From an uncultured delta proteobacterium (GTDB lineage Bacteria > Desulfobacterota > Binatia > UBA9968), in assembly GCA_963771465.1 (NCBI GenBank), contig CAVYTU010000001.1, forward strand, positions 1-64,000: a stretch of 64,000 nucleotides of DNA, read 5' to 3'. Shown here one piece after another: positions 9,651 through 19,704 of this stretch. The notes beneath the pieces were generated by a model. That model made no database searches. It saw nothing but the letters and a program-made list of their open reading frames with translations, and had not been told where the DNA came from. Within the stretch, counting starts at the first letter, position 1; the number at the start of each line of letters is the position of its first letter. The position numbers and the translations under genes are program-made.

Positions 9651-11234
9651 ATGGCAGAAACCTACTACACCGACTTCCGCGACTACCTGCGCGTGCTGGA
9701 AGAGCGCGGCAAGCTGCATCGTTGGTCCCGGCCGGTCAACAAGGATAGCGAGCTGATGCCGCTCATGCGGCTTCAATATCGCGGCATTGCCGACGATCAA
9801 CGACAAGCTTTTCTTTACGAAAATGTCTTCGATAGCCGCGGCAAACAACACGATATCCGCGTCGCCACCGGTGTCTATGGTTCGTCACGGGAAATCGCCG
9901 CACTTGGTCTGGGTTGTAATGAGCCGTTGGAGATCTACGAGAAGTGGCGCAATGCACTGGCCAAACCGATCGAACCACGCCGCGTCGCCAACGCGCCGGT
10001 TCAAGAAGTCGTCCTCACCGGCGATAAGCTCAAAGCCTTCGGCGTGACCGGACTGCCGGCGCCGGTAGAGGAGCCGGGATTTAGCGGCGGCATCCGTGCG
10101 ACCGCGCCCTTTATCACCGTCGATCCGCAGTCGGGCGTGCGCAATGTCGGCATGTACAGTGGCCATTTTCGTGGCGAAACTCATCTCATCGCCGGCATCG
10201 CGCCGGTGCACCACGCGATGCTCTATCATCATCGCAGCGCTGCCGCGGATAAAAAACCTCTTCCAGTCGCCATCGTCCTCGGCTCATTGCCTGATGTGAC
10301 GTTTGTCTCGGCGGCGAATTTACCCTATGGCGTCGACGAACTAGCGGTTGCCGGTGGTATTCGCGGTCGACCGGTCGACGTTGTGCAGTGCAAAACCATT
10401 CCACTGGAAGTGCCCGCTGAAGCGGAAATTATCATCGAGGGCGAAATTTCCATCGACCGAAAAGAGCGCGGTGAACCGTTTAGCGATTATCCAGGCTATC
10501 TAATGGTCGAGCGGGGATTGCGTCCCGTCATAGATATAAAAGCGATTACCATGAGGCGAGACGCGATCTTTACGGCGATTCTCGTCGGTTTGCCGCCGAG
10601 CGAATCCAACGGAATTTCCCGCACCTGCCGGGAAATGATGCTCTACAACTTTCTTAAGTATAGCTGCGCCATGCCCGAGGTGCTCGAAGTTTCTTGCCCC
10701 GAAATGGGCGGCGGTTGGAACTGGTGGGTCATACGTATGCGAAAGAGCCACGCGAGCAAGCCAAAACAAGCGCTGCACGCTGCTGCGGGAATGGACCCGA
10801 CCAGCAAGATGATCATCGTCGTCGATGAGGATATCGATCCCAAAGATCCGGACATGGTCATGTGGGCTTTGAGTTTTGCTATGCAGCCGCATCGCGATGT
10901 CGAGATCATTACTGGCCGTGTGCCGCTGTTAGATCCTTCAGCTCATTCGTTAATGACGGGTCCCGAAGATCGTTTCTATCCACCACCGGTGGGCTGTTCC
11001 GGTCTCCTAATCGATGCGACGCGCAAAGGGCCATTCCCGCCCGTCGGATTGCCTAAAAAAACTTACATGGAGAACGCCCTTAGAATTTGGCAGGAAGCGA
11101 AAATGCCGAAGCTCAATTTGAAAACCCCTTGGTATGGTTATCCCCTCGGTCTGTGGGATGACGAAGACGATGGGTTGGCTGAGAAAGTTGTCCAGGGCGA
11201 GTATTTCCAATCTAAGCAATTGAAAGGACGCTAG
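9651..11234 (+). CDS. UbiD-family (prFMN-dependent) decarboxylase, atypical active site
   Basis: YTDFRDYLRVLEERGKL, DELAVAGG, VPAEAEIIIEG, KMIIVVDEDIDP, LIDATRK. NxGxYR appears as NVGMYS and EGPFGE as GEPFSD. Confidence 0.9.
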   Translation: MAETYYTDFRDYLRVLEERGKLHRWSRPVNKDSELMPLMRLQYRGIADDQRQAFLYENVFDSRGKQHDIRVATGVYGSSREIAALGLGCNEPLEIYEKWRNALAKPIEPRRVANAPVQEVVLTGDKLKAFGVTGLPAPVEEPGFSGGIRATAPFITVDPQSGVRNVGMYSGHFRGETHLIAGIAPVHHAMLYHHRSAAADKKPLPVAIVLGSLPDVTFVSAANLPYGVDELAVAGGIRGRPVDVVQCKTIPLEVPAEAEIIIEGEISIDRKERGEPFSDYPGYLMVERGLRPVIDIKAITMRRDAIFTAILVGLPPSESNGISRTCREMMLYNFLKYSCAMPEVLEVSCPEMGGGWNWWVIRMRKSHASKPKQALHAAAGMDPTSKMIIVVDEDIDPKDPDMVMWALSFAMQPHRDVEIITGRVPLLDPSAHSLMTGPEDRFYPPPVGCSGLLIDATRKGPFPPVGLPKKTYMENALRIWQEAKMPKLNLKTPWYGYPLGLWDDEDDGLAEKVVQGEYFQSKQLKGR

Positions 11235-11236
11235 CA

Positions 11237-12352
11237 GTGGCGAAACGAAATACCAGTTATGAAATGTGGCTCAAGGAAGAGGGGATTCCAGTCTTCGAAG
11301 GCTACGGCGTCGAGGATGTCACCGAGTTGCCGCTCAAAGCTTGGCAGCGTACTGGCGGCAGGGGCGCTTACATCGATCTCAAAGGCATGGAAGGGTTTAC
11401 CGGCATGTACATCGGTGAGATCCCTGCAGGCGACGCGCTCAACCCGGAACATCATCTCTATGAAGAGCTGATCTACGTCATCCAAGGCGTCGGTGCGACC
11501 GAGATTTGGTCCGCCGGCGACGAGAAAGGCAAAATGCATTTCGAATGGCAGCAGGGCAGCCTGTTCGCGATACCGCTCAATACGCGCCATCGCATGATCA
11601 ACGGCAGCAGAGATCCGGCAATTTTCTTGGCCGTGACAAGCGCGCCGTTGATGATCGACTTGCTGCACAACCTGCCGTTCGTCATGGGCAGCGATTATAA
11701 ATTCGACGACCGTTTTGACGCCCAGCATAACTATTTCGTGCCGACAAACTCGCGCCGGGAGATCGGCGGCTTTATCAACTGGGAAACCAATTTTATCGCT
11801 GATGCGCGCGGCGCGCTGGTCGATCCGTCCGAGGCGAAAGGCTTCGGCGTCAAGATTACTTCGTTCGATATGGGCGGCAGCACTTTGGTTGGCCATATCG
11901 CTGAGTGGCCGGTGGGACGTTATCATAAGGCGCACTTTCATCAGGGCGGCGCGATCTTACTCATTCTGCGCTCACAAGGTTACACGCTCATGTGGCCGCC
12001 TGAGGCGGGTATTCGCCCGTACCGATCAGGTCACGCTGATCAAGTCGTGAAGGTCGATTGGCGCGAAGGCAGCGTCTTCAGTCCGCCGAGCGGCTGGTTC
12101 CATCAACATTTCAATACCGGCGACGAGAAAGCCCGCCAACTGGCGTTTCGCTACAGCGGCCAGTCGGGTAAATATCTGCTCGGTTGTTGGCGCGCCATCA
12201 ACAAAGAAGGAGTTCGCACCAGCGTGCGCGAAGGCGGCACGATGATCGAGTACGAGGACGAAGATCCGCAGATTCGCGCCGATTTCGAACGCGCGATCAA
12301 ACAAGTCAGCGTGCCGATGGCGATGCCGCAGTTCGATTACGTCGGTCTTTAG
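11237..12352 (+). CDS. Bicupin protein (gentisate 1,2-dioxygenase-like fold)
   Basis: Two cupin modules: EHHLYEELIYVIQGVG...AIPLNTRH and KAHFHQGG...SPPSGWFHQHFN. Confidence 0.8.
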   Translation: MAKRNTSYEMWLKEEGIPVFEGYGVEDVTELPLKAWQRTGGRGAYIDLKGMEGFTGMYIGEIPAGDALNPEHHLYEELIYVIQGVGATEIWSAGDEKGKMHFEWQQGSLFAIPLNTRHRMINGSRDPAIFLAVTSAPLMIDLLHNLPFVMGSDYKFDDRFDAQHNYFVPTNSRREIGGFINWETNFIADARGALVDPSEAKGFGVKITSFDMGGSTLVGHIAEWPVGRYHKAHFHQGGAILLILRSQGYTLMWPPEAGIRPYRSGHADQVVKVDWREGSVFSPPSGWFHQHFNTGDEKARQLAFRYSGQSGKYLLGCWRAINKEGVRTSVREGGTMIEYEDEDPQIRADFERAIKQVSVPMAMPQFDYVGL

Positions 12353-12357
12353 GCGCC

Positions 12358-13483
12358 ATGCGATTTGCATCACGGACGATACATTGGATTGTAATTTTGT
12401 GCGCCTTGTTGTTTGTGCGGGGGTTCGCTCGGCGCAAACAGTAAAGCCAGGCTGGCAAGCGGAGTGGGACAAGACCGTCGAGCTAGCCAAGAAGGAAGGC
12501 AAGGTCGTTGTGTCGATGCCGGCGAGCGCCGGAGCTGCGCGCGGCCATCGAGCGTCTATTTGAGAAGCGCTACGGCATCGACGTCGAACCGGTCGTCGGC
12601 CGGGCATCGACCGTGGTGCGCAAGATGGTCGACGAGGCCAAAGCCGGTGTGCGTTACGTCGATCTGCACATGGGTGGCAGTGAGTCGGTGGTAACGGGGA
12701 TGTTGCCTGAGGGCATCGTCGGATCCACTGGAGTCCCACATGCTGCTGCCCGAAGTCAAAGAGTCGAAACAGTGGTGGGGCGGCCATATCTGGGTCGACA
12801 GTGCAAAAAAGTTTGTCTACTCCACTTTGGCCTATCAGCCGGAGAGTCTGTGGTTCAATTCCCAGCTGATGAAAGCCGAAGACGTGCGCAGCTTCGACGA
12901 CCTGCTCCATGAAAAGTTAAAAGGCAAAATCGGATTTCTCGATCCGCGCACACCCGGTTCGGGTGCGTCGCTGTGGTCCTACCTTCGTGAGGTGAAGGGC
13001 GAGGATTACCTGCGCAAGCTGGTCGGACAGAAGCTGTCCTTGAGCCGGGACCAACGGGTGCTGGCGGAAATTCTCGCCAAAGGGAAAATCGCATTTGTGC
13101 TCGGCCTGACTTATTATTCCTACGCGCCATTCATCAAAGCGGGTCTGCCGGTAGAGCCGCTGCCGGTACCCAAGGAAGGTCTCTACGTCTCCGGCGGCAG
13201 CGGTCATTTAGTCGTCTTGAAGAATGCGCCCCATGTCAACGCGACCAAGCTTTTCTTAAATTGGTTTCTCAGCCAGGAAGGCCAGGAAGTTTACAGCCGC
13301 GCCATGCATCAGCCCACGCGCCGATTGGACGTCGATGCCAAATGGCTGCGCGAGTTCGGCGTTATTCCTGCGAAAGACAGCTTGACATTGGAACAATATT
13401 ACAAGCGTGAAAATCAGTCGGAAGAGAAAATAAATCGTCTGCGCGAACCGGCGGCGGCGCTGGCGAGGAAACTGCTCGGCTAG
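12358..13483 (+). CDS. ABC substrate-binding protein (AfuA/PotD-like fold); apparent frameshifts near 12425, 12531 and 12720
   Basis: Reassembled pieces: signal peptide, EWDKTVELAKKEGKVVV, FEKRYGIDVE, DPRTPGSG, APHVNATKLFLNWFLSQEGQ. Close paralog of the next gene. Confidence 0.82.
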
Positions 13484-13493
13484 GAGGCAAGTC

Positions 13494-14600
13494 ATGATGC
13501 GAGCGCTGGTCGCCTCACTCATTCAAATCCTTTTGGTCATGTTTTCCACTGACTTACTGGCCCAATCCAAGCCATCCGAGTGGGATAAAATTCTCGAAGC
13601 CGGCAAAAAGGAAGGTAAGGTCGTCGCTTCGATCCCGCCGACGCCGGAGTTGCGCAAACTCATGGAGATCGCATTTACGCGCCGCTACGGCATCGCGACC
13701 GAGTTCGTGCCGGCGCGCGGCGGCGCGATCATTCAGCGCATGGTCAGCGAAGCCAAAGCCAATACGCAATATTTCGATCTCCATATCGGCGGCACCGAAT
13801 CCGTCGTGACCGGACTCTTGCCGGAAAATGTTCTGGATGCGGTGGACCCGTACCTTATTCTTGCCGAAGTGCGCGATCCCAAGTACTGGTGGGGCGGCCA
13901 TATCTACATCGACAATGCCAAGCGCTATGTTTACAACTTCGTCGCCTATCAGACCGTGAGCCTGTGGAGCGATCCCAATCAGTACAAGCCTGCGGAGTTC
14001 AAATCCTTCGACGATCTGCTTAGCGCCAAACTGCAAGGCAAGATCGGTATCAGCGATCCGCGCACGCCGGGCTCCGGCTCGTCTTTGTGGTCCTACATGC
14101 ATTACACTAAAGGCGAGGAGTTTCTGCGCAAACTGGTGGCGCAAAAACTTTTTATCACGCGTGATTTGCGCCTGCTGGCGGAGAACTTGGCGCGCGGAAA
14201 AATCGCCGTCACCGCGGGCATCGGCTACTCCGAGTTTCAACCCTTTATCAAAGCCAATCTCCCGGTCGTGCCGCTGCCGGTACCCAAAGAAGGGCTTTAC
14301 GTCAGTGGCGGCTATGGTCATCTGACGATTCTCAAAAACCCGCCCCATCCCAACGCGACCAAAGTTTTTGTTAACTGGCTGCTCAGCCGCGACGGCCAGG
14401 AAGTATTTGCCAGGGGCATGGGTGTGGGCAGCCGGCGTCTCGAGATCGATACCAAGTGGCTTAAAGAATACGGCGTCATCGCCGCCAAGGATTTTTTGGC
14501 GCCTGCGGATTTCTCCAAATACGAAAACCAATCGGAAGAGAAAATAAACAAGATTCGCGAACCCGCGGCGATTTTTGCGCGCAAGCTGCTTGGTTCTTAA
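13494..14600 (+). CDS. ABC substrate-binding protein (AfuA/PotD-like fold)
   Basis: Signal peptide, EWDKILEAGKKEGKVV, PPHPNATKVFVNWLLSRDGQ. Confidence 0.88.
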   Translation: MMRALVASLIQILLVMFSTDLLAQSKPSEWDKILEAGKKEGKVVASIPPTPELRKLMEIAFTRRYGIATEFVPARGGAIIQRMVSEAKANTQYFDLHIGGTESVVTGLLPENVLDAVDPYLILAEVRDPKYWWGGHIYIDNAKRYVYNFVAYQTVSLWSDPNQYKPAEFKSFDDLLSAKLQGKIGISDPRTPGSGSSLWSYMHYTKGEEFLRKLVAQKLFITRDLRLLAENLARGKIAVTAGIGYSEFQPFIKANLPVVPLPVPKEGLYVSGGYGHLTILKNPPHPNATKVFVNWLLSRDGQEVFARGMGVGSRRLEIDTKWLKEYGVIAAKDFLAPADFSKYENQSEEKINKIREPAAIFARKLLGS

Positions 14601-14619
14601 ATGGCGAAAAGGAAGCTTG

Positions 14620-16089
14620 ATGGCATTCGAAGATTTACGCGACTGGATCAATGACCTCGACGAGCGCCGCGATTTAAAGCGCATCGGCGCCGAAGTCGAT
14701 TGGGATGAAGAGTTGGGCGCGATCACCCGCGAGGTGTCGAGCCAGGCGGGGCCGGCGTTGCTCTTCAATAACATCAAAAATCATCGCCATAGTTTCTGCC
14801 GCCGCTTGTTCACCAACGGCACCGGCACCCGCGAGCGGGTGTGCCGTTTCATCGGCGTGCCCGAAACGACGACGTATCGTGAGATGGTGCCGATTTTCAA
14901 AGACCGGTTTTCGCGGCCGTTAAAACCGGTCAACGTTACCAAGGGAGCGGTGAAAGAGAATATTTTGCGCGGCGATGAGATCGATCTCAATCAAATTCCC
15001 GTGCCGAAATGGAACCCGTTGGACGGCGGCCGCTATATCATGACTTCGGCGACGGTGATCACGCGCGATCCCGATACCGGCGTGCTCAACGGCGGCACCT
15101 ACCGCGGCATGATCACGGGCAAGAACACCATCGGTGTTTTGCTGGCGATGACTCAAGGTTGGGGCAAGCATTTCAGCAAATACAAGAATCTCGGCCAGGA
15201 GATGCCTGTCGCCGTTGTCATCGGCTGGGACCAGACCTTATTTCTCGCCGCGTCGACGCCGGTAAACTACCCCGAATACGAGATGGCCGGCTCGCTGCGC
15301 GGCGCGCCGGTGGAACTGGTCAAGTGTGAATTGAGCGATCTGCTCGTGCCTGCGAGCGCGGAAATGGTCTTGGAGGGGTTTGTCTCGCCGGATCCCAAGA
15401 CTCACACGCTCGAAGGACCGTTCAGCGAATATCCCGGCTACTACGGCGGCAGCAAATCGCCCAAGCACACGATCCGGGTCGAATGCATCAGCCATCGCGA
15501 CGATCCGATCTTTCATGGCTGCTTGACCGGCGCTAGTCCGGGGCGGACCAACGAAGGCACCACATGGACGCCAGCGACTTTTTCAGCCATGGCCTGGCAC
15601 TATCTTGAACAAGCCGGCGTGCCTAACATCACCGACGTGTGGCGCGGCAAATGGCCCGAAACCATGCGCGTGCAGATTCGCAAATCACACCGGGGTCACG
15701 CCCAGCAAGTCGCCGCCGCGCTCTGGGGTTGCCATCTCGGCAACTACGCCGCCAAGCATGTGATCGTCGTCGATGACGATATCGATATTCACGATTGGGA
15801 AGCGATCGAGTGGGCGCTTTGCTATCGGGTCAATGCCGGCTTGGGCGACGTGTCATTTTTCTCGGGCACGAGCGGCTCTATGCTCGATCCGAGCGTTCCT
15901 TTGGAAGACCGCAACTCGGTCAAATACGGCCACGGTCTTTGGACTCGCATGTTGATCGACGCGACGATCAATTGGCAGCTGCAGCCCCAGGAGCAATACG
16001 GCGGCAATCGTTATCCCGCCGTGGGCACTGCCATCTCTGACGAGATGGCCGCCAAGCTCAAAAGAAGATGGAACGAGTATGGACTCTAA
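14620..16089 (+). CDS. UbiD-family decarboxylase
   Basis: FEDLRDWI, GPALLFNNIK, DGGRYI, NGGTYR, EGPFSEYPGYY, VIVVDDDIDI, MLIDAT. Confidence 0.92.
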   Translation: MAFEDLRDWINDLDERRDLKRIGAEVDWDEELGAITREVSSQAGPALLFNNIKNHRHSFCRRLFTNGTGTRERVCRFIGVPETTTYREMVPIFKDRFSRPLKPVNVTKGAVKENILRGDEIDLNQIPVPKWNPLDGGRYIMTSATVITRDPDTGVLNGGTYRGMITGKNTIGVLLAMTQGWGKHFSKYKNLGQEMPVAVVIGWDQTLFLAASTPVNYPEYEMAGSLRGAPVELVKCELSDLLVPASAEMVLEGFVSPDPKTHTLEGPFSEYPGYYGGSKSPKHTIRVECISHRDDPIFHGCLTGASPGRTNEGTTWTPATFSAMAWHYLEQAGVPNITDVWRGKWPETMRVQIRKSHRGHAQQVAAALWGCHLGNYAAKHVIVVDDDIDIHDWEAIEWALCYRVNAGLGDVSFFSGTSGSMLDPSVPLEDRNSVKYGHGLWTRMLIDATINWQLQPQEQYGGNRYPAVGTAISDEMAAKLKRRWNEYGL

Positions 16090-17224
16090 GGCGAGCAAGC
16101 TCGCTATGACGCCGCTGCGGGCGAAAAGTTCTTACGAACGCTTCTTGATCAGCGAAGGCGTGCCGATAGTCGGCGGATTCGGCGTCAACGCGGTGCGAGA
16201 TATGCCCATGGCGCCCTGGCGGCGCTTGGGTTGCGACGGCGCTTATTTCAACTTTTTCGGCTCGGATGGCTTCACCGGTATGTACGCCGGCAAGATCGCC
16301 CCCGGCGGAGCGACTTCGCCGGAACGCCATCTCTACGAGAAAGTGATTTATATTCTCCAAGGCCAAGGCGTGGCCGAATTTCAGCAACGCAATGGCGTGC
16401 CCCAGAATCTGCTCTGGCAAACCGGAAGTTTGTTTTCACCGCCGATGAACACGTTACACCGGCTGATGAATTATTCGGATCAGCCGGCGCTGTTTTTGGC
16501 GGTCACCACGGCGCCCATGGCGCTCGATCTTTATCGCAACGAAGAGTTTATTTTTCACAGTGATTTTGTCTTCAGCGATCGCTACGACGGCGCCGTCGAT
16601 TATTTCGCGCCGAGCGACGGCCTATATCTAGACATGAATCAGCGCCAGTGGGTACATCAGACCAACTTCGTTTCCGACGTGCGCGAAATTCGCCGCGGTG
16701 GACAGGCTGGCAAAAGAGGCCGGATCAAAATCACGCGCTTTGAAATTGCTAATAATAGTTTAATCGGCCAACTGGTTGAATGGCCGGTAGGCCGCTATCG
16801 TAAAGCCCATTGCCGCGGCGGCGGCGTCTCGCTGGTGATTTTGCGTTCTTCGGGCTATTCGCTTATGTGGCCGAGCGAGCTCGGCACACAGCCCTACAAG
16901 AATGGCCTCGCCGATCAGGTCGTACGACTGGACTGGGCACCTGGCAGTGTCTTTAGCCCGCCGCCAAATTGGTTCCAACAACACTTCAACACCGGCGCCG
17001 AACCGGCGCAGACGTTGGCGTTTTATTGTGGCAGCAGGAAGTTTCCCATGAGCCGTGGCATGGCAAGAGCCAACGCGGTGCGCCAGTCGACGGCGAAACC
17101 AGCCGGCAAGTTGCTCGAGTTTGACGGCGATGATCCCTCGATCCGGCGCATGTACGAAGCTGAGTTGGCGAGAAAAGGTATCAGCCCGGACGCGAACTTC
17201 GAAGTTGTCGCCACTCACGATTGA
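16079..17224 (+). CDS. Bicupin protein, paralog of 11237-12352 with substituted His residues
   Basis: Collinear with cupin 1 (GFTGMY, EWPVGRY, SPPPNWFQQHFNTG). Confidence 0.78.
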   Translation: MDSKASKLAMTPLRAKSSYERFLISEGVPIVGGFGVNAVRDMPMAPWRRLGCDGAYFNFFGSDGFTGMYAGKIAPGGATSPERHLYEKVIYILQGQGVAEFQQRNGVPQNLLWQTGSLFSPPMNTLHRLMNYSDQPALFLAVTTAPMALDLYRNEEFIFHSDFVFSDRYDGAVDYFAPSDGLYLDMNQRQWVHQTNFVSDVREIRRGGQAGKRGRIKITRFEIANNSLIGQLVEWPVGRYRKAHCRGGGVSLVILRSSGYSLMWPSELGTQPYKNGLADQVVRLDWAPGSVFSPPPNWFQQHFNTGAEPAQTLAFYCGSRKFPMSRGMARANAVRQSTAKPAGKLLEFDGDDPSIRRMYEAELARKGISPDANFEVVATHD

Positions 17225-17274
17225 AGATTTCCTCACGTCCCCGTATAAGTGCGTCAATCCGCACAGGCTAGATC

Positions 17275-19023
17275 ATGAGCGATAAATCCCGAACGATGCA
17301 GCCGTCGGTGGCGCTTGAGCGCCCGGCGCTGTATCCCAAACGGACGTTTCAGATGCCGCCGCCGCTGGTGCTCATGCTTATCGTCGTGGTTGGATTTCTG
17401 GTTCTCACGCCGCTGTTCTTGATGATCCTCAATAGTTTTCAAACCGCGCGGCCCGGCCAGCCGATCGTCTGGGGCATTGACGGTTGGACCAAGGCTTTCT
17501 CGACGCCGGGAATCGTCAAAGCGATGACCAACACGGTGACGCTGGCGCTGACACGCCAAGCGATTGCGCTGTTGATTGGCGCGTTTTTCGCCTGGCTGAT
17601 CGCGCGCACCGATATACCGATGAAGGGCACTTTGGAGTTTTTTTTCTGGCTGTCCTTCTTTCTGCCGGCGCTGCCGGAGACTATGGGTTGGATACTCTTG
17701 CTCGATCCGAAATATGGACTGATGAATCAGGGGCTGATCAGTTTGGGTGTGCTCAGCCAGCCAGTTTTCAACATCTATTCGTTTTGGGGCATCGTCTGGG
17801 CGCACCTAGGCGGCACGGTGAGCGTCAAAGTGATGTTGCTCGCGCCGGCGTTTCGTAATCTCGACGCGGTGTTGGAAGAAGCGTCGAAAATTTCCGGCGC
17901 CAGCGGCACGAGAACTTTTTTTCACATCGTCATCCCGGTCATGATGCCGGCGATACTAGTGACGACGATCCTCGGACTGATTCGCTCCTTGGAAGCCTTC
18001 GAGATCGAGCTTCTGCTCGGCACGCCCATCGGTTTGCAGGTTTACTCGACCAAGATTCACGAGCTGGTCACCTGGGAGCCGCCGCAGTTCGCGCCGGCGA
18101 TGGCGCTCAGCACGTTATTTCTCGGCGCGCTCCTGCTGATGGTGGCGTTCCAGCGAAAATTTATCAGCGGTCGGAGTTACGAAACCATCACCGGGCGGGG
18201 TTTTAGCATTCGGCCGACACCGTTGGGACGCTGGCGTTATCCGGCATTTTTTTTAGTCTTGCTATTTGCCGTCTTCATTACCTTGGTGCCAACCACGCTC
18301 TTGGTCATGGGCACCTTCATGAAGCTTTTTGGCTTCTTCAACATCGTCGAGCCGTGGACTATGGACAACTGGCGCACGACATTGAGCGATCCGGTGTTGA
18401 TGCGCTCGATCTGGAATACCTTGGCGATCGGCCTCGGTTCGGGTTTGGTAGGAGTCATTTTCTATTCCCTGATCGCTTATGTCGTCGTCAAGACGCGCCA
18501 TCCGGGTCGCGGCCTGCTCGATTTTCTTTCCTGGCTGCCCTGGTCGGTGCCGGGCATTCTCTTAGGCGTGGCGTTATTGTGGACTTTCTTGCAGACCAAA
18601 ATATTTCTGCCGATCTATGGCACGATTTATATCTTAATGATCGCCATGGTGATCAAGAGCATGCCGTTCGGCGCGCAGATGATCAAAAGCGTGCTGATCC
18701 AGCTCGGCAGCGATCTCGAAGAAGCCTCCAAGGTTTGCGGCAGCACCTGGCTGCAAACTTTCCGGCGGATTATTTTTCCCCTGATCACGCCGGCGCTGAT
18801 CACCGTCGCTTTGGTGGGCTTTATTTCGGCCGCGCGCGACATCAGCACCGTGGTTTTGTTAGGTTCGGGAAAATCGCGCACGCTGTCGCTCTTGATGCTC
18901 GACTTTGCCGCCGGCGCTGAGTTTGAGAAAGCTACGGTGGTCGCCGTGATCATCGTCGGTCTAGTCGTCGGCGCGGCGCTATGCGCTCGTGCTCTCGGCG
19001 GTCATGTCGGCGTGAGGGAATGA
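17275..19023 (+). CDS. ABC transporter permease, duplicated-domain FbpB/ThiP type
   Basis: ~12 TM segments with two EAA loops (LEEASKISGAS, LEEASKVCGST). Confidence 0.9.
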   Translation: MSDKSRTMQPSVALERPALYPKRTFQMPPPLVLMLIVVVGFLVLTPLFLMILNSFQTARPGQPIVWGIDGWTKAFSTPGIVKAMTNTVTLALTRQAIALLIGAFFAWLIARTDIPMKGTLEFFFWLSFFLPALPETMGWILLLDPKYGLMNQGLISLGVLSQPVFNIYSFWGIVWAHLGGTVSVKVMLLAPAFRNLDAVLEEASKISGASGTRTFFHIVIPVMMPAILVTTILGLIRSLEAFEIELLLGTPIGLQVYSTKIHELVTWEPPQFAPAMALSTLFLGALLLMVAFQRKFISGRSYETITGRGFSIRPTPLGRWRYPAFFLVLLFAVFITLVPTTLLVMGTFMKLFGFFNIVEPWTMDNWRTTLSDPVLMRSIWNTLAIGLGSGLVGVIFYSLIAYVVVKTRHPGRGLLDFLSWLPWSVPGILLGVALLWTFLQTKIFLPIYGTIYILMIAMVIKSMPFGAQMIKSVLIQLGSDLEEASKVCGSTWLQTFRRIIFPLITPALITVALVGFISAARDISTVVLLGSGKSRTLSLLMLDFAAGAEFEKATVVAVIIVGLVVGAALCARALGGHVGVRE

Positions 19024-19081
19024 TTTGATGATCGGTTTTCCGTCTTCCTGTTCCAACAGATGGCCACCTTCGTGTTCTCGC

Positions 19082-19140
19082 AAACACGAGGCGCCGGAGA
19101 TTCTCGCGCTGTACGAAGCAGAAATGAAAAAAGCCATCTT
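19082..19140 (+). pseudogene. Possible remnant of a third cupin C-terminus
   Basis: KHEAPEILALYEAEMKKA resembles the cupin C-termini DDPSIRRMYEAELARK and EDEDPQIRADFERAIKQ. Confidence 0.35.
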
Positions 19141-19205
19141 ACCCTTTCGCAGACCGGCGCTTCGGCCGGTTATCGGTACATCCCGGCCGTCGCGGTTCGC
19201 ATCTC

Positions 19206-19234
19206 TTGACCGTTGGGGTTTACTCCATTAGTCT
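19206..19234 (+). promoter_or_regulatory. sigma70-type promoter; the predicted start site falls at or near the GTG at 19242 (possibly leaderless)
   Basis: TTGACC-17 nt-TAGTCT, with GTG 7 nt downstream. Confidence 0.45.
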
Positions 19235-19241
19235 TGCGAAC

Positions 19242-19595
19242 GTGTCGGCCAGAAACGCCATCGCAAACTTTATTCGCCAGCCATTTTCGGCTGGCTGGAT
19301 TCTTTTACTCTTCTTACTGCTTATTGTTTTTTGCCCCGAGCCGGCGCAGCCGGCGCCCGATGATTGTTTGCCATCGGCGGCTAACCGCATTGCCAACACC
19401 AAAGCCGTAAGATCCTTCAGCCCGGTCCGGGGGGAAAGAGCTGACGCTCTTAAGTTGGCTCTGGCAATCCGCGGCGTCGCATTTACCGCACTATTTCAAC
19501 GGCTTTTTGTTCTCGTCGAGCCGTCTCAGTATTCTTTCCAACAATTCTTCACCGGCTATCGATCCGTCCGCGGGCCGCCGCATCTGCCACGTTAG
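19242..19595 (+). CDS. Small membrane/secreted protein ending in RGPP (candidate arrest peptide)
   Basis: Hydrophobic stretch WILLLFLLLIVFC; C-terminus YRSVRGPPHLPR*. Confidence 0.5.
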   Translation: MSARNAIANFIRQPFSAGWILLLFLLLIVFCPEPAQPAPDDCLPSAANRIANTKAVRSFSPVRGERADALKLALAIRGVAFTALFQRLFVLVEPSQYSFQQFFTGYRSVRGPPHLPR

Positions 19596-19704
19596 TTCGC
19601 ATCGCTGGTTGTTCAACGCGATTAACTTACGTTCTACCTGGGTCTGATGCCGCCACAAGGCGGTCGCAGCGCGGGGGAGCGAGCCTGCTGTTCAGAGGTA
19701 TTCA

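Noticed and set aside
12358-13483. Programmed frameshifting or true pseudogenes (also 1-1558, ~3490, ~47550, ~50580)
   Set aside because: Single-base indels with otherwise intact coding sequence and no clear slippery-site/hairpin signal; most simply long-read errors, though reads are needed to be sure.
13554-14777. Long antisense ORFs (also 3441-4880, 12026-12910, 38930-39649 and others)
   Set aside because: Shadows of GC-rich genes on the opposite strand with no family features.
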